A DNA stretch of 54,129 nucleotides from Patescibacteria group bacterium. Lineage in GTDB: Bacteria > Patescibacteriota > Minisyncoccia > Phycocordibacterales > UBA918. This document shows, piece by piece, positions 26,998 to 37,221 of the stretch. Position numbers and translations under genes: made by a program. The notes under the pieces are model-generated. The model saw only the letters and a list, made by a program, of their open reading frames with translations, searched no databases and was not told the DNA's origin. The DNA lies in NCBI GenBank assembly GCA_038065355.1, contig JBBTRC010000012.1, positions 1 to 54,129 of the forward strand, given 5' to 3'. Within the stretch, counting starts at the first letter, position 1, and each line of letters begins with the position of its first letter.

Positions 26998-28821
26998 TTA
27001 CAGATATAAATCATGAGTATGTGTCCACACTTGTAATTGTGCGAGATTCCATATTGGGTTGACTGCATATCGCTTACCCTCAACATGTTCTTGGTACAGC
27101 TGATTAACTTGCTGCCAATTAACCATTGAAGAGAGTTTATCTGAGTATTCGGGTGAGATAATACTCTTAATACGAGTTGCTACTTCCCCGTTTCTAAACC
27201 ACTTTGACGCAGGCGAAAACCAACCACGCTTTTTTTTGCCAAATACATACGCGGGTAGAATATTTTTATATGCTTCTCGAACCATTTTTTTCCCCGTGAA
27301 AAAATCTATATGTTTCCCAGGAGCATATCTGTTTGCAAACGCAACGAGATCTTGGTCAAGAAAAGGCACCCTGTACTCAAGGCCATGCGCCATTGACGCC
27401 TTGTCAGTGCTGATGAGAGACTCGTCTGGTAACCAGAGTTTTCTATCAACCTCCATGTACGCAACGGGACCGGAAAGACCGTAGGCAAAGTTTCTATATT
27501 TAGGCTCTAAAACAGTGAGTAGTGCTAACAGCATATCTTTTGAAGGAGTGTGTAGCAAACGAACGATAGTGTCTAGCGAATTTAACATCTGTCGAGCATG
27601 AAAGTTAACATCAATGCCAGCGTCAAGAATCGAAAGTCGAGGAGATACTTTTTTTATCACTTGTTTTGAAAAGGTAGGCAAGTTGTGGAACGCTTCTGTT
27701 ATCAGCGCTTGCCGGTATCTTCGATATCCTCTGAACACTTCATCTCCCCCGTCGCCACCAAACGCAACAATAATTCCTTGCTCGCGCACCCACTTACTAA
27801 GCATATATTTAGTAAACGAGGTTGGATTAGCTACAGGTTCATCAAGCCTTGAAAATGCATCTTCGAGATGGTTCGACACATCACTATGAGTCAAGGTAAA
27901 TGCAGTGTGTGTGGTATTAAATTCCTTTGCGGTTTTTTGCGCTAGTTGTGAATCAAAGTTGAATTTATTTAAATTCTCAAAAGACATATCTTCGAGCTCA
28001 AATCCAACGGTAAAAGTATGCAGGTCGGTCGCGCGGCGCGCCATATGATACAAGATCACGTTCGAATCAATACCGCCAGAGAGAAATAGGCCGATTCTAC
28101 GATCAGAAACCAGCTGTCTTTGGACAACCACGTCCATAAGATTTACCAAGTCATCGCCCAGTTCGTTGTGGTCAGATGGTAAGTGAAAATATTCGGTCGA
28201 TACATTTGAACCAGCGAAAGTTAGCATCTGTCCTGGTTCAAGTTTTGAAACTCCCTTAAGCAGGGTATAAGGACTTGGAACATATTGACAATAGATGTAG
28301 AGCTCAACGTATCTAGAATCGAGCTCTCGAAACCCGGCACTTATCAAACCGTTTAATTCTGATGAAAAGTAAAGAACATTATCTTTTAGAGCGTAATAAA
28401 GCGGTTTTACACCCATGTGGTCTCGCACAAGTAAAACAGAACCTTGATCCTTATCAACAATAGCAAACGCAAAAATCCCCTTGAGTTTTTCAAATGTTTT
28501 CTTACCCCATGTTGCGTACGCAGCCAGCAAAACTTCGGTGTCACCCTTGGTTTGAAAAGTGAATCGATCTTCAAGTTCTTTTCTTAGTTCCCTAAAGTTA
28601 TATATCTCCCCATTAAATACGATTGTGTAACGACCGTCATGGCTGGTCATTGGTTGATTTGATCCTGGAGATAAATCAATAATGGCAAGTCGATTATGAC
28701 CAAGTGTTATGTTTGACACAGTTTTTACTGCCGTGCCATCGGGACCACGGTGACTTGTGGCGCTGTTCATAGCGAGGACCATGTCCGTATCAGCTTTGGT
28801 AATGCCGTTTATGCCGCACAT
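26998..28821 (-). CDS. asnB: Asparagine synthase (glutamine-hydrolysing)-like amidotransferase
   Basis: Start reset to MCGING (Ntn Cys); HRGPD, FNGEIYN, GVKPLYY, LSGGIDS, GDGGDE, RVPFLD. Confidence 0.93.
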   Translation of the reverse strand: MCGINGITKADTDMVLAMNSATSHRGPDGTAVKTVSNITLGHNRLAIIDLSPGSNQPMTSHDGRYTIVFNGEIYNFRELRKELEDRFTFQTKGDTEVLLAAYATWGKKTFEKLKGIFAFAIVDKDQGSVLLVRDHMGVKPLYYALKDNVLYFSSELNGLISAGFRELDSRYVELYIYCQYVPSPYTLLKGVSKLEPGQMLTFAGSNVSTEYFHLPSDHNELGDDLVNLMDVVVQRQLVSDRRIGLFLSGGIDSNVILYHMARRATDLHTFTVGFELEDMSFENLNKFNFDSQLAQKTAKEFNTTHTAFTLTHSDVSNHLEDAFSRLDEPVANPTSFTKYMLSKWVREQGIIVAFGGDGGDEVFRGYRRYRQALITEAFHNLPTFSKQVIKKVSPRLSILDAGIDVNFHARQMLNSLDTIVRLLHTPSKDMLLALLTVLEPKYRNFAYGLSGPVAYMEVDRKLWLPDESLISTDKASMAHGLEYRVPFLDQDLVAFANRYAPGKHIDFFTGKKMVREAYKNILPAYVFGKKKRGWFSPASKWFRNGEVATRIKSIISPEYSDKLSSMVNWQQVNQLYQEHVEGKRYAVNPIWNLAQLQVWTHTHDLYL

Positions 28822-28850
28822 ATAAAAGTTAATAAAGAGATGTAGATCGA

Positions 28851-29726
28851 CTATTTCTTCTCGGCTGTAATTGAACAACTAAACGCAAAGCCTACTTTTT
28901 CACTCAAAAACCGCTGAATCTTCTCGGGAACTAGAGAACCTAGGGACAGTGACGCTACCGGCCAATTTTCCCACTCTCCTGGGGAATAATTTGCGTGCAC
29001 TTTTACGTCCACAAACCCTTGTGATGCAAATAGGTGTCGGAGCTTCCGACGTGAAAAAAACTCTGTGTGCGGATTACCACCTTGGTGTGCGCCATCAGAG
29101 TACCTGCTAGTGAGCCGAAGTGGTTTTAGGCCATAGCGTAAAAAACCACCGAACAGTAACCCTCTTAGAAATAGTACGCCAAACCAAAAATACCAACCCC
29201 GGTGGTACATCCAAGCATAAATCTTTCCACCCGGCTTCAGTACTCGATAAATCTCACCGACCGCCTGACTTGTATCAGGCATGTGCATTAAACAACCGTG
29301 TGCACAGATATAGTCAAAGTAATTATCTGGAAACTCTAGCTTTTGCGCATCCATTTGTATGATTGTTCCAGATAAGTTTCTTAAGAAAAAATTTCTTTTT
29401 GTAGACTGCACAGCAAAGTCAGTCAGGTCGATGCCAGTCACTTCAGCACCAGCTTGAGCAAACGAGGCGGCGGAAAAACCCATACCAACCGCTATATCTA
29501 GAACTCTTTTTCCTTTCAAATCAGCATAGTTTATGAATTTTGAGAACACAGGTTTGTCCAGATCCTGAGTAACTCCATCTGTATTTTTTCTGTATTTTCT
29601 TTCAACAGTCTCAAAAAAAGACACGTCCATCTTTTCAAGAGGAACAATTTTCCCAACATTAATTTCTCCATTGTAGGTAAAAGGATTTGCATTCCACCAA
29701 CTTTCAACAGCTTTTGTTTTATTCAT
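28851..29726 (-). CDS. Class I SAM-dependent methyltransferase
   Basis: VLDIAVGMG, GIDLT, FPDNYFD, RVLKPGG. Confidence 0.9.
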   Translation of the reverse strand: MNKTKAVESWWNANPFTYNGEINVGKIVPLEKMDVSFFETVERKYRKNTDGVTQDLDKPVFSKFINYADLKGKRVLDIAVGMGFSAASFAQAGAEVTGIDLTDFAVQSTKRNFFLRNLSGTIIQMDAQKLEFPDNYFDYICAHGCLMHMPDTSQAVGEIYRVLKPGGKIYAWMYHRGWYFWFGVLFLRGLLFGGFLRYGLKPLRLTSRYSDGAHQGGNPHTEFFSRRKLRHLFASQGFVDVKVHANYSPGEWENWPVASLSLGSLVPEKIQRFLSEKVGFAFSCSITAEKK

Positions 29727-29774
29727 ACAAAACTCTTATGTCTTAGCTTGCATGATAGCACGCATACGCCATTG

Positions 29775-30791
29775 TTATCGAAGGTTTAAATGACGCACAA
29801 TCTTCGGTATCAGGGCGCGTAAACTATGATTATTTAATACATATTCATGAGACTTGACTGAATCATAAGTGACTTTTGAGGTGAGTAGATGTGTAACACG
29901 ATCCGCTATGTTAGTAGTGTCTGCAGCAACTTCACCAACCGGAGTATCAAATAAACTGTCTGACGTTGAGACCACGGCGACACCACAGGACATTGCTTCA
30001 AGAACAGCTTTATCCAGACTGCCATTTTTTGCTGTGTGGATAAACACTCTCGCTCTGTTTAATAGTTGCGGCAGATTTTTTTGCGAAACTTTTCCTATAA
30101 AATGCACGTGAGGAGTCAGCTTTTTTTGTTTAATGTATGTACCGAGACGTTCGAAATAGTGTTTTTCGACAGCAGTGAGCGCTACACCCACCACCGTTAG
30201 TGTCGCAGGGTAGGTTTTTCTCACTTCTTCGAGTACGTCAATTTGTTTCTCCAAATTCTTTATAGGAGCAATACGTCCGACAGTGATGAGGTCAATTTCT
30301 TTGTCCACCGCGTAAGGAACGAACAATTCGGTATCAATACCGTGCCCAGTCACAAGTACTTTGTGACTGCTGATTCTGAAACTCTCAATTGAACCTGTGA
30401 AAACTTTGTCAACCAATATCTCAGCTACCTTAAGTGAAAAACTTGTTTTCCCATGCATGTACCACAGACCGATTTGTTTTTTTTGCCAATGCCACAGTAA
30501 CCCGCCAAGTATGACGTACACTTGATTCATGTGTACAAAGACGTGGTCGTAGCTATTACGAAGTTTCCAGCAGTACCTGTAAAAACGCCAGATATATGTC
30601 AATTTGCGTGCACTCGCTTCCTTACCTAGAGAATGTACGGTCACGTTTGACGGTAACGAATGCTGTCCTTCCTGTAAACATATAACATGTACCTGCTCAT
30701 AATATTTGGAAAATTCTTCTATCCATCTATGGAAAAAGCCGAGCACAGGATGCTCGGAGTCAACTACCTGTGTAATAATGAGGAGCTTCAT
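29775..30791 (-). CDS. Glycosyltransferase family 4
   Basis: MKLLIITQVVD..HPVLGFFHRW, VGRIAPIKN, GSLDKAVLEAM. Confidence 0.9.
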   Translation of the reverse strand: MKLLIITQVVDSEHPVLGFFHRWIEEFSKYYEQVHVICLQEGQHSLPSNVTVHSLGKEASARKLTYIWRFYRYCWKLRNSYDHVFVHMNQVYVILGGLLWHWQKKQIGLWYMHGKTSFSLKVAEILVDKVFTGSIESFRISSHKVLVTGHGIDTELFVPYAVDKEIDLITVGRIAPIKNLEKQIDVLEEVRKTYPATLTVVGVALTAVEKHYFERLGTYIKQKKLTPHVHFIGKVSQKNLPQLLNRARVFIHTAKNGSLDKAVLEAMSCGVAVVSTSDSLFDTPVGEVAADTTNIADRVTHLLTSKVTYDSVKSHEYVLNNHSLRALIPKIVRHLNLR

Positions 30792-30793
30792 AA

Positions 30794-31663
30794 CTATAAA
30801 ACTGCAACGATGTCGTAGTGCACGGCGAACGAGGGTGCTAACGAGTCTGGAATAATTCGAGACAACAATCCATTAAGCGGGTTCGCAAAACCAATACGGT
30901 ACATTTTTTCAAATGGACCTGACAAAAAAATGAGTGTTTTGGGTACAACAGTCAGTCCGACCGACTTGACCTCTACCTCGCTAAATCCCCCAAGTAGCTT
31001 CATGACTTCCGACTTACGATAATACCTCACTGGGCCATTTTTGTACGGCTTTCCCAGTACATTTAAAATCATCTGATACAACTGCCCTTGGATTCCCATG
31101 GCCGTCCATACACGGGGAAACGACGAGTACACCAGCAGCGTTCCTCCCGGTTTTAGTACTCTTTTGATTTCGTCCATGGCCCTTTTCACAATGTCTTTGT
31201 GGTTGTGGAGAAACACCGCGCACACCACCACCATGTCGACAGAGTGATCTTTTAGCGGCGCGGTGTGAATGTCGGCACTGAGTAACAGTACCGGCGTCTC
31301 TTGTTCGGCTGAGCTTTTGTCGTATCGCTCTTTAAAGATAGACAGCATCTCGAATGAGCTGTCCATTCCTATGTAACCGGCAATCGGAGTCGCTGGTAAC
31401 AAGTATTTGGCAATTCGACCGTATCCCGATCCGTAGTCAAGCAGTACATCGGTTGGTTTAATGTGCTGCTTGATCTCGAGAATTTGCGCTTCTGATTTTT
31501 TTTGCGCCGCGGTTTCGTCTTCGGCGGAAATAACGGCATTGGTTGGATTTTCAACCGCTAAAGTGTCCCATACGGTTTTTTCGGCAATGTCGTGGGCGAC
31601 AAAAATACCGTTTCGATCGATGGTCTTGTTCGGGATAAGCAGTGATTTCAAATCGGCGCTCAT
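30794..31663 (-). CDS. Class I SAM-dependent methyltransferase
   Basis: LLDYGSGYGR, RVLKPGG; start reset to MSADL downstream of a TATGAT box. Confidence 0.85.
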   Translation of the reverse strand: MSADLKSLLIPNKTIDRNGIFVAHDIAEKTVWDTLAVENPTNAVISAEDETAAQKKSEAQILEIKQHIKPTDVLLDYGSGYGRIAKYLLPATPIAGYIGMDSSFEMLSIFKERYDKSSAEQETPVLLLSADIHTAPLKDHSVDMVVVCAVFLHNHKDIVKRAMDEIKRVLKPGGTLLVYSSFPRVWTAMGIQGQLYQMILNVLGKPYKNGPVRYYRKSEVMKLLGGFSEVEVKSVGLTVVPKTLIFLSGPFEKMYRIGFANPLNGLLSRIIPDSLAPSFAVHYDIVAVL

Positions 31664-31703
31664 AATCGCACGCATCATACCACACCAGTCTGGCGTGCAA
31701 AAT

Positions 31704-33062
31704 CTACTTGTTTGCTTTCGATTTCTTGGGCACTTTGGACGCTTTGGCTGGTTCAACAAAGAGTGCTTGTTCTATGCTCATGCGATAGGCTTCTCGATAT
31801 TCTTCGGGGTCTTGGTGGAATTTTAGTGAGATCATTGCTTGAGCAGTTTCGGTAAATAAGCGTCTGGTACCGATGTTGTTTAAAAGCTCGTTGATGCGAT
31901 CCGCAAACACTTGCGTGTCAGTTGGTTCACAGAGGTAGGTGGACTGCCCGTCAATAAATACGTCAGCGCGACGCTCTGTTTCAGCCATGACCATCGGGAT
32001 GCCAGCGGCGGCTCCCTGGAGAACAATCTCCTCGCTGTCAGCGTCAGTGTCGGTGACCACGAGCAAGTTGGCGGATTTTATATAGGGCACGATGTCGCTT
32101 TCTCGTGTTTCAAACACTACTTGTTCTTTAATTCCAAGTATTTCGGTTCGTTTCTGAAATTCCAACCGGGCCGGGCCGTCACCGAGCACGACCAAGCCGA
32201 CCCGCGGGTTTCGCAACACAAATCGGGTGGCATCAATCGCTCGAAAGAGCGTGCTTTGGTGAGATAATTTTCCTATGAACAGTATGATAAATGTGAACGG
32301 TCGGTACTTTTCTTTCAGGTCGAGAGTTACCGGCGCAGAAATGAGCGACTCGTAGCTATGAAGTCGCGGCAGCGTATTTATGTCTGGCGCTTTGAAGTAC
32401 TTGTGCAGCATGTCTTCTATGAGATCCGTGGCAGTGCGAATACTCAAGAACTTGGTCACAGTGAAGCGGGGTATAAATCGACGCCAAAAATTTGAATGGT
32501 GCTTCTTGAGAAACGACTTAGTGGTAAAGTCTTCCAACACGTGAAGCTGAGTTGGCCGTTTGTATTTTTTGCCAATGCTGAGCGCAACGAGTGCAGATTC
32601 AAATGGGTCACGAGCGACAATGAGATCCGGGCGAAACCCGGATGCGAACACCAGCTGATCTTCAATCACTTTTTTCCCAGCCGCTGGCAAAAGCCACCAA
32701 TAACGAGCCGAGGCGGTATACATCCAGACGTTAGTCCCCACCCGCAACACGGGGTTTGTGGACGTAATGCCTCGCCTCAAAATCAAAATATGTACCTCAT
32801 CAAATAAGTCTGAAAGATTGACGTAGCCGTCGAGAGATTGCGTCGTCGGGTTGAGGAGAGCGGTATCGGTTGATATGAAAAGTACTCGAGTCACATCGCG
32901 GCTAGAGTCAGCTTGGTAGACGCGCTTGTGCGTCATGGCCTCTTCGGCGGTAACCCTCGGTACTACCGGTTCACGGGACTTTTTTTCCTCATCGAGCACA
33001 TACTCGAGCTCCGAAGTGGCATGCTCCGAAATATCTCTTGTTGAAAGATCACGACGCGGCAT
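31704..33062 (-). CDS. Glycosyltransferase family 4-like protein with a degenerate EX7E motif
   Basis: LIVARDPFE, LFIGKL, VLGDGP; the usual EGxG...EA region reads DSEEIVLQGAAAG. Confidence 0.75.
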   Translation of the reverse strand: MPRRDLSTRDISEHATSELEYVLDEEKKSREPVVPRVTAEEAMTHKRVYQADSSRDVTRVLFISTDTALLNPTTQSLDGYVNLSDLFDEVHILILRRGITSTNPVLRVGTNVWMYTASARYWWLLPAAGKKVIEDQLVFASGFRPDLIVARDPFESALVALSIGKKYKRPTQLHVLEDFTTKSFLKKHHSNFWRRFIPRFTVTKFLSIRTATDLIEDMLHKYFKAPDINTLPRLHSYESLISAPVTLDLKEKYRPFTFIILFIGKLSHQSTLFRAIDATRFVLRNPRVGLVVLGDGPARLEFQKRTEILGIKEQVVFETRESDIVPYIKSANLLVVTDTDADSEEIVLQGAAAGIPMVMAETERRADVFIDGQSTYLCEPTDTQVFADRINELLNNIGTRRLFTETAQAMISLKFHQDPEEYREAYRMSIEQALFVEPAKASKVPKKSKANK

Positions 33063-33085
33063 TGTGAATAGTATAGCAGGAGTAG

Positions 33086-34216
33086 TTACACTCGCGGCAA
33101 TGTCTCAGCGTATTTTTTTACGTACTCTTCAGGTTCAAGAGTGAGTTCCTTTGAAGCTGTATAAGCCTGCGTTCCCAGTTTTTGCAGTAACGAAGGGTTA
33201 GAATAAAATTTACCTACAGCTTCCGCGAACGCTCTGTCGTCACGAACTGGCACGATAAAACCATGTGTCTCTGGTATCACAACCTCGCCAGCACATCCGA
33301 CATCCGTAGAGATAACTGGTAGGCCGGCGGCCATTGCTTCGAGCAATACCATTGCGTACCCTTCATGATCTGAGGTTAGACATAAAATATCGTGTTGACC
33401 CATGACCGTTGCCACATCGTTAGTCCACGACATAAACGTGATCATACCTCGCAATTCCAACTTCGCCACTTCGTTGACTAGTTGTTCTTTTTGTCCTCCT
33501 TCACCCAAAAGTGTGAGGGATAATCTAACACCACTTTTCCGAGCCAACGCACAGGCATGGAGTAGCATTGAAATATTTTTTTCTCTAGAAAAACGTCCTA
33601 CATAAAGCAATTTGAGAGTGTCATTAAAAGAAAATTTGCGCTCGGAACCAACTGCCAGAAACTGGTTTAGATTCGCTTGTATTGGTAATACCGAAATGTT
33701 GTGTTCTGTTAAACCTTTCTTTAGCAAAGACGACTTGATGCGATTTGATACTACTCGTATGGAGCGCGCACGCTTCAATACAAACTGAGCAAAAAGTAAC
33801 CGTACGTGGTCGAGCGACCAGAGGCGAGGAAAAAAAGAACTAAATATATCACCATGAACTTGAATGTGAAGAATGGTATTTTTTTTAAAAGACAACAACC
33901 ATCCCACTAATGAGGTCTCGAAAGGATCTTGGCACGTAATGACCCATCGCGTTTCGGGAGTGCTTTTAATAATTTCTTGCGCAATATGGTACGCACGCAG
34001 AAGCATGCCAATTTTAGTTGTAGAGTTAGTTGCGTAGAGCGTCAAACTTCCCTCTTCTTGGCGTAGTGGATACCTTTCGGCTTCTCGTGTAAGCACAATC
34101 AAGTGATGTTGTGCGAGTACTTGATTGTATGAAATCATCCGCTCTCGTTCCCGACTGCCGGTCACCAGCGCGCGCTTTGCAAAACTAATCGCAATTGCAT
34201 TCGGTTTAGGTTCCAT
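33086..34216 (-). CDS. Glycosyltransferase family 4
   Basis: YVGRFSREKN, EGYAMVLLEAMAAGLP. Confidence 0.92.
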   Translation of the reverse strand: MEPKPNAIAISFAKRALVTGSRERERMISYNQVLAQHHLIVLTREAERYPLRQEEGSLTLYATNSTTKIGMLLRAYHIAQEIIKSTPETRWVITCQDPFETSLVGWLLSFKKNTILHIQVHGDIFSSFFPRLWSLDHVRLLFAQFVLKRARSIRVVSNRIKSSLLKKGLTEHNISVLPIQANLNQFLAVGSERKFSFNDTLKLLYVGRFSREKNISMLLHACALARKSGVRLSLTLLGEGGQKEQLVNEVAKLELRGMITFMSWTNDVATVMGQHDILCLTSDHEGYAMVLLEAMAAGLPVISTDVGCAGEVVIPETHGFIVPVRDDRAFAEAVGKFYSNPSLLQKLGTQAYTASKELTLEPEEYVKKYAETLPRV

Positions 34217-35330
34217 CTTTAGTGTCTGCGAACAAATTTAAGAGCTGTTCAACAACTACCTCCTGAGTAAATTCCTTGGAGCGGGCGCGGGCGGACTGGG
34301 TGAGGTGTTGTTTGATTTCTTGATTACCCACAATGCGCAAAATGGCTTGTTGCAGTGCCGCTTCATTATTGAACGGCACCAAGAGACCATGTACTCCGTC
34401 GGTGATGAGTTCTCCGTTACCGCCAGCGGTCGTCGTCACAATTGGCGTACCAAGGTCCATGACCTCGAGCAATTGATGCGACAAACCCTCATACGCCGTG
34501 TTTAACACAAACACATCGGCCGCCTTGATAGCCGCACCAAGCGCCGCTTTGGAAATCGTACCGGTGAAACGCACGTGCGCGCCTAGGTTTAACTTAGCCA
34601 CTTGCGCTTCGAGTGCCGGCCTTTCTTCGCCGTCGCCAACGATAACGAGGGTGATGTTCCTATGGGTGGATCGCAACGTGGCCACAACGTCTATCAACGT
34701 TCGAAAACCTTTCCATGGCACCAGGCGGCCAGCCGATACGATGGTGGGCTCTGTGTACGACAGTTGCGTGCGGAGCTCCTCGCGCGTGCCCTCGACCACG
34801 AGCGGAAATAAGGCACTGTAAATCACAGTAATCTGCTCGGCGGGCACACCCCATTTTTGTACGACACCTTTTAGGTAGTGACTCGGCACCACCACTCTAA
34901 ACGCTCGTCGTGCCACATACGACTGCAGGCGTGCCAATAGTCGTACCGGCAGCGGCGCAGGTATTTCACTGTCCAGGTACGCATCGAGTGTATCGCGGAG
35001 ACCAAAGCGTAGTCGTCCTTGCTCCCACGCGTAGTCGCCGCCGACTCGCAAAAGAAACGGTTTACGGAGCACACGCGATATGAGGAGCGTAGGCAGTCCG
35101 ACACTGACCGCATCGAGCGCGTAGAGCGCGTCAGCGGACGTGGCGCGTCGCCACAACCGCGCGGCGTAGATTAGGTGGCGAATTATTTTTGGCCATCGTC
35201 GCACCAGGCCAAATGGCACCACCACGACCTCAATTCCGTGCCGAGGTAATTCTTGTTCCAGCATGGCCGCGTAGGTGGCCGGGCCGCCAATCTCCGGAGG
35301 ATACAGACCCGTCGCTAACAGTAGCTTCAT
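34206..35330 (-). CDS. Glycosyltransferase family 4
   Basis: YPPEIGGPATY, AGRLVPWKG, EGLSHQLLEVM. Confidence 0.92.
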   Translation of the reverse strand: MKLLLATGLYPPEIGGPATYAAMLEQELPRHGIEVVVVPFGLVRRWPKIIRHLIYAARLWRRATSADALYALDAVSVGLPTLLISRVLRKPFLLRVGGDYAWEQGRLRFGLRDTLDAYLDSEIPAPLPVRLLARLQSYVARRAFRVVVPSHYLKGVVQKWGVPAEQITVIYSALFPLVVEGTREELRTQLSYTEPTIVSAGRLVPWKGFRTLIDVVATLRSTHRNITLVIVGDGEERPALEAQVAKLNLGAHVRFTGTISKAALGAAIKAADVFVLNTAYEGLSHQLLEVMDLGTPIVTTTAGGNGELITDGVHGLLVPFNNEAALQQAILRIVGNQEIKQHLTQSARARSKEFTQEVVVEQLLNLFADTKDGT

Positions 35331-35444
35331 AACGTTGTAATCATAACATTGCGGTCACCCGAAGCCGGCCACCACCCGAACGTATAACGTCGCAAAAACA
35401 CGGAAAGATACTACAAGTCCATAAAACATGTTACATTAATGTCA

Positions 35445-36470
35445 ATGTCAACGCCCGCGACGCAACAAGGAACGCTAGTTATTTCTCTCGATTTTGAACT
35501 CATGTGGGGAATGTTTGACAAGGTTACCCACGAAGAGTACGGCACACATCTCGACGGTGTGTGGGAAGCGATACCGCTTTTGTTAAGGACGTTTCGAGAT
35601 CGAGACATTCACGCAACCTGGGCAACGGTCGGGCTTCTTATGCATGAAGGCGTTGAAAACTTATTTCAAAGTGTGACGCTCGTAAAGGACAAACCGCATT
35701 TTGAACAGCCCTCCTACTCAGCCTATTTTCACTTACATAAAGAAACAGTGGAAAAATTTCCACAGCGGTATCTGGCGTCAGAACTGGTGCGCGCCATTGT
35801 TGATACCCCCTACCAAGAGCTTGCGAGTCACACATTTGCGCACTTTTATTGCAAAGAAGCCATGGCGGATACTGAGAACGCCAAGCGCTCGTGGGAAGCT
35901 GACATTCAGGCACAGACTAAAGTTTCGTCGATCTTTCAGCGTGAGATGCGCTCGATTGTGTTTCCGCGCAATCAGTGGACGAGTGATGCGCTCGTGGCAC
36001 TACAAGAGCATGGATACAAAGTGTATCGTGGGACAGAATCACATCTGCTCTATAGACCGCGCAAAGACTCGGAGCAACACCTTGGCCTACGTGGACTACG
36101 CCTCCTTGATGCCTACCTCAACCTCTCCGGACACCACACTTACGATTTTGCGCAGTTTCCGCAAACAGAAAAACTCATCAACGTGCCGGCCAGTCGTTTT
36201 TTGCGGCCGTACAGTCGGCGATTAGCCTGGCTTGAACCACTAAAATTGGCCCGGATTACGAGCGCCATGACCCACGCCGCGAAGCATGGCGAAGTTTTCC
36301 ACCTTTGGTGGCATCCTCATAATTTTGGCGTGCATCAAAAGGAGAATATTGCACAACTTACCCACCTTCTCGACCACTTCGCACAACTGGAAAAGCAGTA
36401 CGGGATGACCAGTCGCACGATGTATGAGCTGTCTACACACGCCCGCGCACAAATCGACGCCACGACTTAG
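35445..36470 (+). CDS. Polysaccharide deacetylase family protein
   Basis: ISLDFELMWG, ATWATVG, SHTFAH, FPRNQ, HLWWHPHNFG. Confidence 0.85.
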   Translation: MSTPATQQGTLVISLDFELMWGMFDKVTHEEYGTHLDGVWEAIPLLLRTFRDRDIHATWATVGLLMHEGVENLFQSVTLVKDKPHFEQPSYSAYFHLHKETVEKFPQRYLASELVRAIVDTPYQELASHTFAHFYCKEAMADTENAKRSWEADIQAQTKVSSIFQREMRSIVFPRNQWTSDALVALQEHGYKVYRGTESHLLYRPRKDSEQHLGLRGLRLLDAYLNLSGHHTYDFAQFPQTEKLINVPASRFLRPYSRRLAWLEPLKLARITSAMTHAAKHGEVFHLWWHPHNFGVHQKENIAQLTHLLDHFAQLEKQYGMTSRTMYELSTHARAQIDATT

Positions 36471-37221
36471 GAAGCGATACTCCCCACCGTGCCAACGCGG
36501 CATTGAGCATTTTCCCAGAAGTAATCACACCGACCGACAAACTACTTTGCAACCTTTGTCTTAGAGTTGGTCGCCACACTCCGGAAGCTGTCACCATACA
36601 GCCTTCATGGCCAAAGGTGTAGTACCCGCTCTTTAGTGCGTTTTTGACGGTCGCCTCACTAAGAGATTCGGCTTCGATGTGCGTGTGCGGCTGACCAAAG
36701 TGTTCGATGCGATGCAAATCTAAGCCGCCGGTTGCGAAAAAGGGCTTCTGTTTACGTTCGGTCGCGATAAGACGAAGAGAGCGAGTACGCGGCGCTGATT
36801 TCCCCTCGTACTGCTGATTCCAGATTTCAATCCCGTCAAGACACTCGCGTAGAGTCGCGTCGATTTTAAACTTGTTCCGTACAGGGTGTGCGAGCACTAC
36901 GAGTGCAGTATGGGCTCGCCAAGCGCGCAATTCTTCTTCGGTTGCGATTTGTGAAATGAAAACGTCCGTGCCGATGTGGAGCACATGCGTGTCTTCGTAA
37001 GGCACTTCAAAGCCGGGTACAAATACAAATGTCTCATCAGACAGACGACGACACTCCGCCACAAACAGGGCGGCGGCTTCCGGTGTGAGGGTGTCGGTGT
37101 GTTCGGTCATGCACGCGAACGAGAGTCCGTGTGAAGCGAATAAACTTTTGAGCTCTGATAATGACAATTTGCCGTCGTACGAGTGGGTAGAGTGGACATG
37201 TAGTGCGCCGGAATATTTCAT
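36433..37221 (-). CDS. PHP domain protein
   Basis: LHVHSTHSYDG, MTEH, LAHP, IEIWN, GLDLH. Confidence 0.85.
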   Translation of the reverse strand: MKYSGALHVHSTHSYDGKLSLSELKSLFASHGLSFACMTEHTDTLTPEAAALFVAECRRLSDETFVFVPGFEVPYEDTHVLHIGTDVFISQIATEEELRAWRAHTALVVLAHPVRNKFKIDATLRECLDGIEIWNQQYEGKSAPRTRSLRLIATERKQKPFFATGGLDLHRIEHFGQPHTHIEAESLSEATVKNALKSGYYTFGHEGCMVTASGVWRPTLRQRLQSSLSVGVITSGKMLNAALARWGVSLPKSWRRFVRGRV

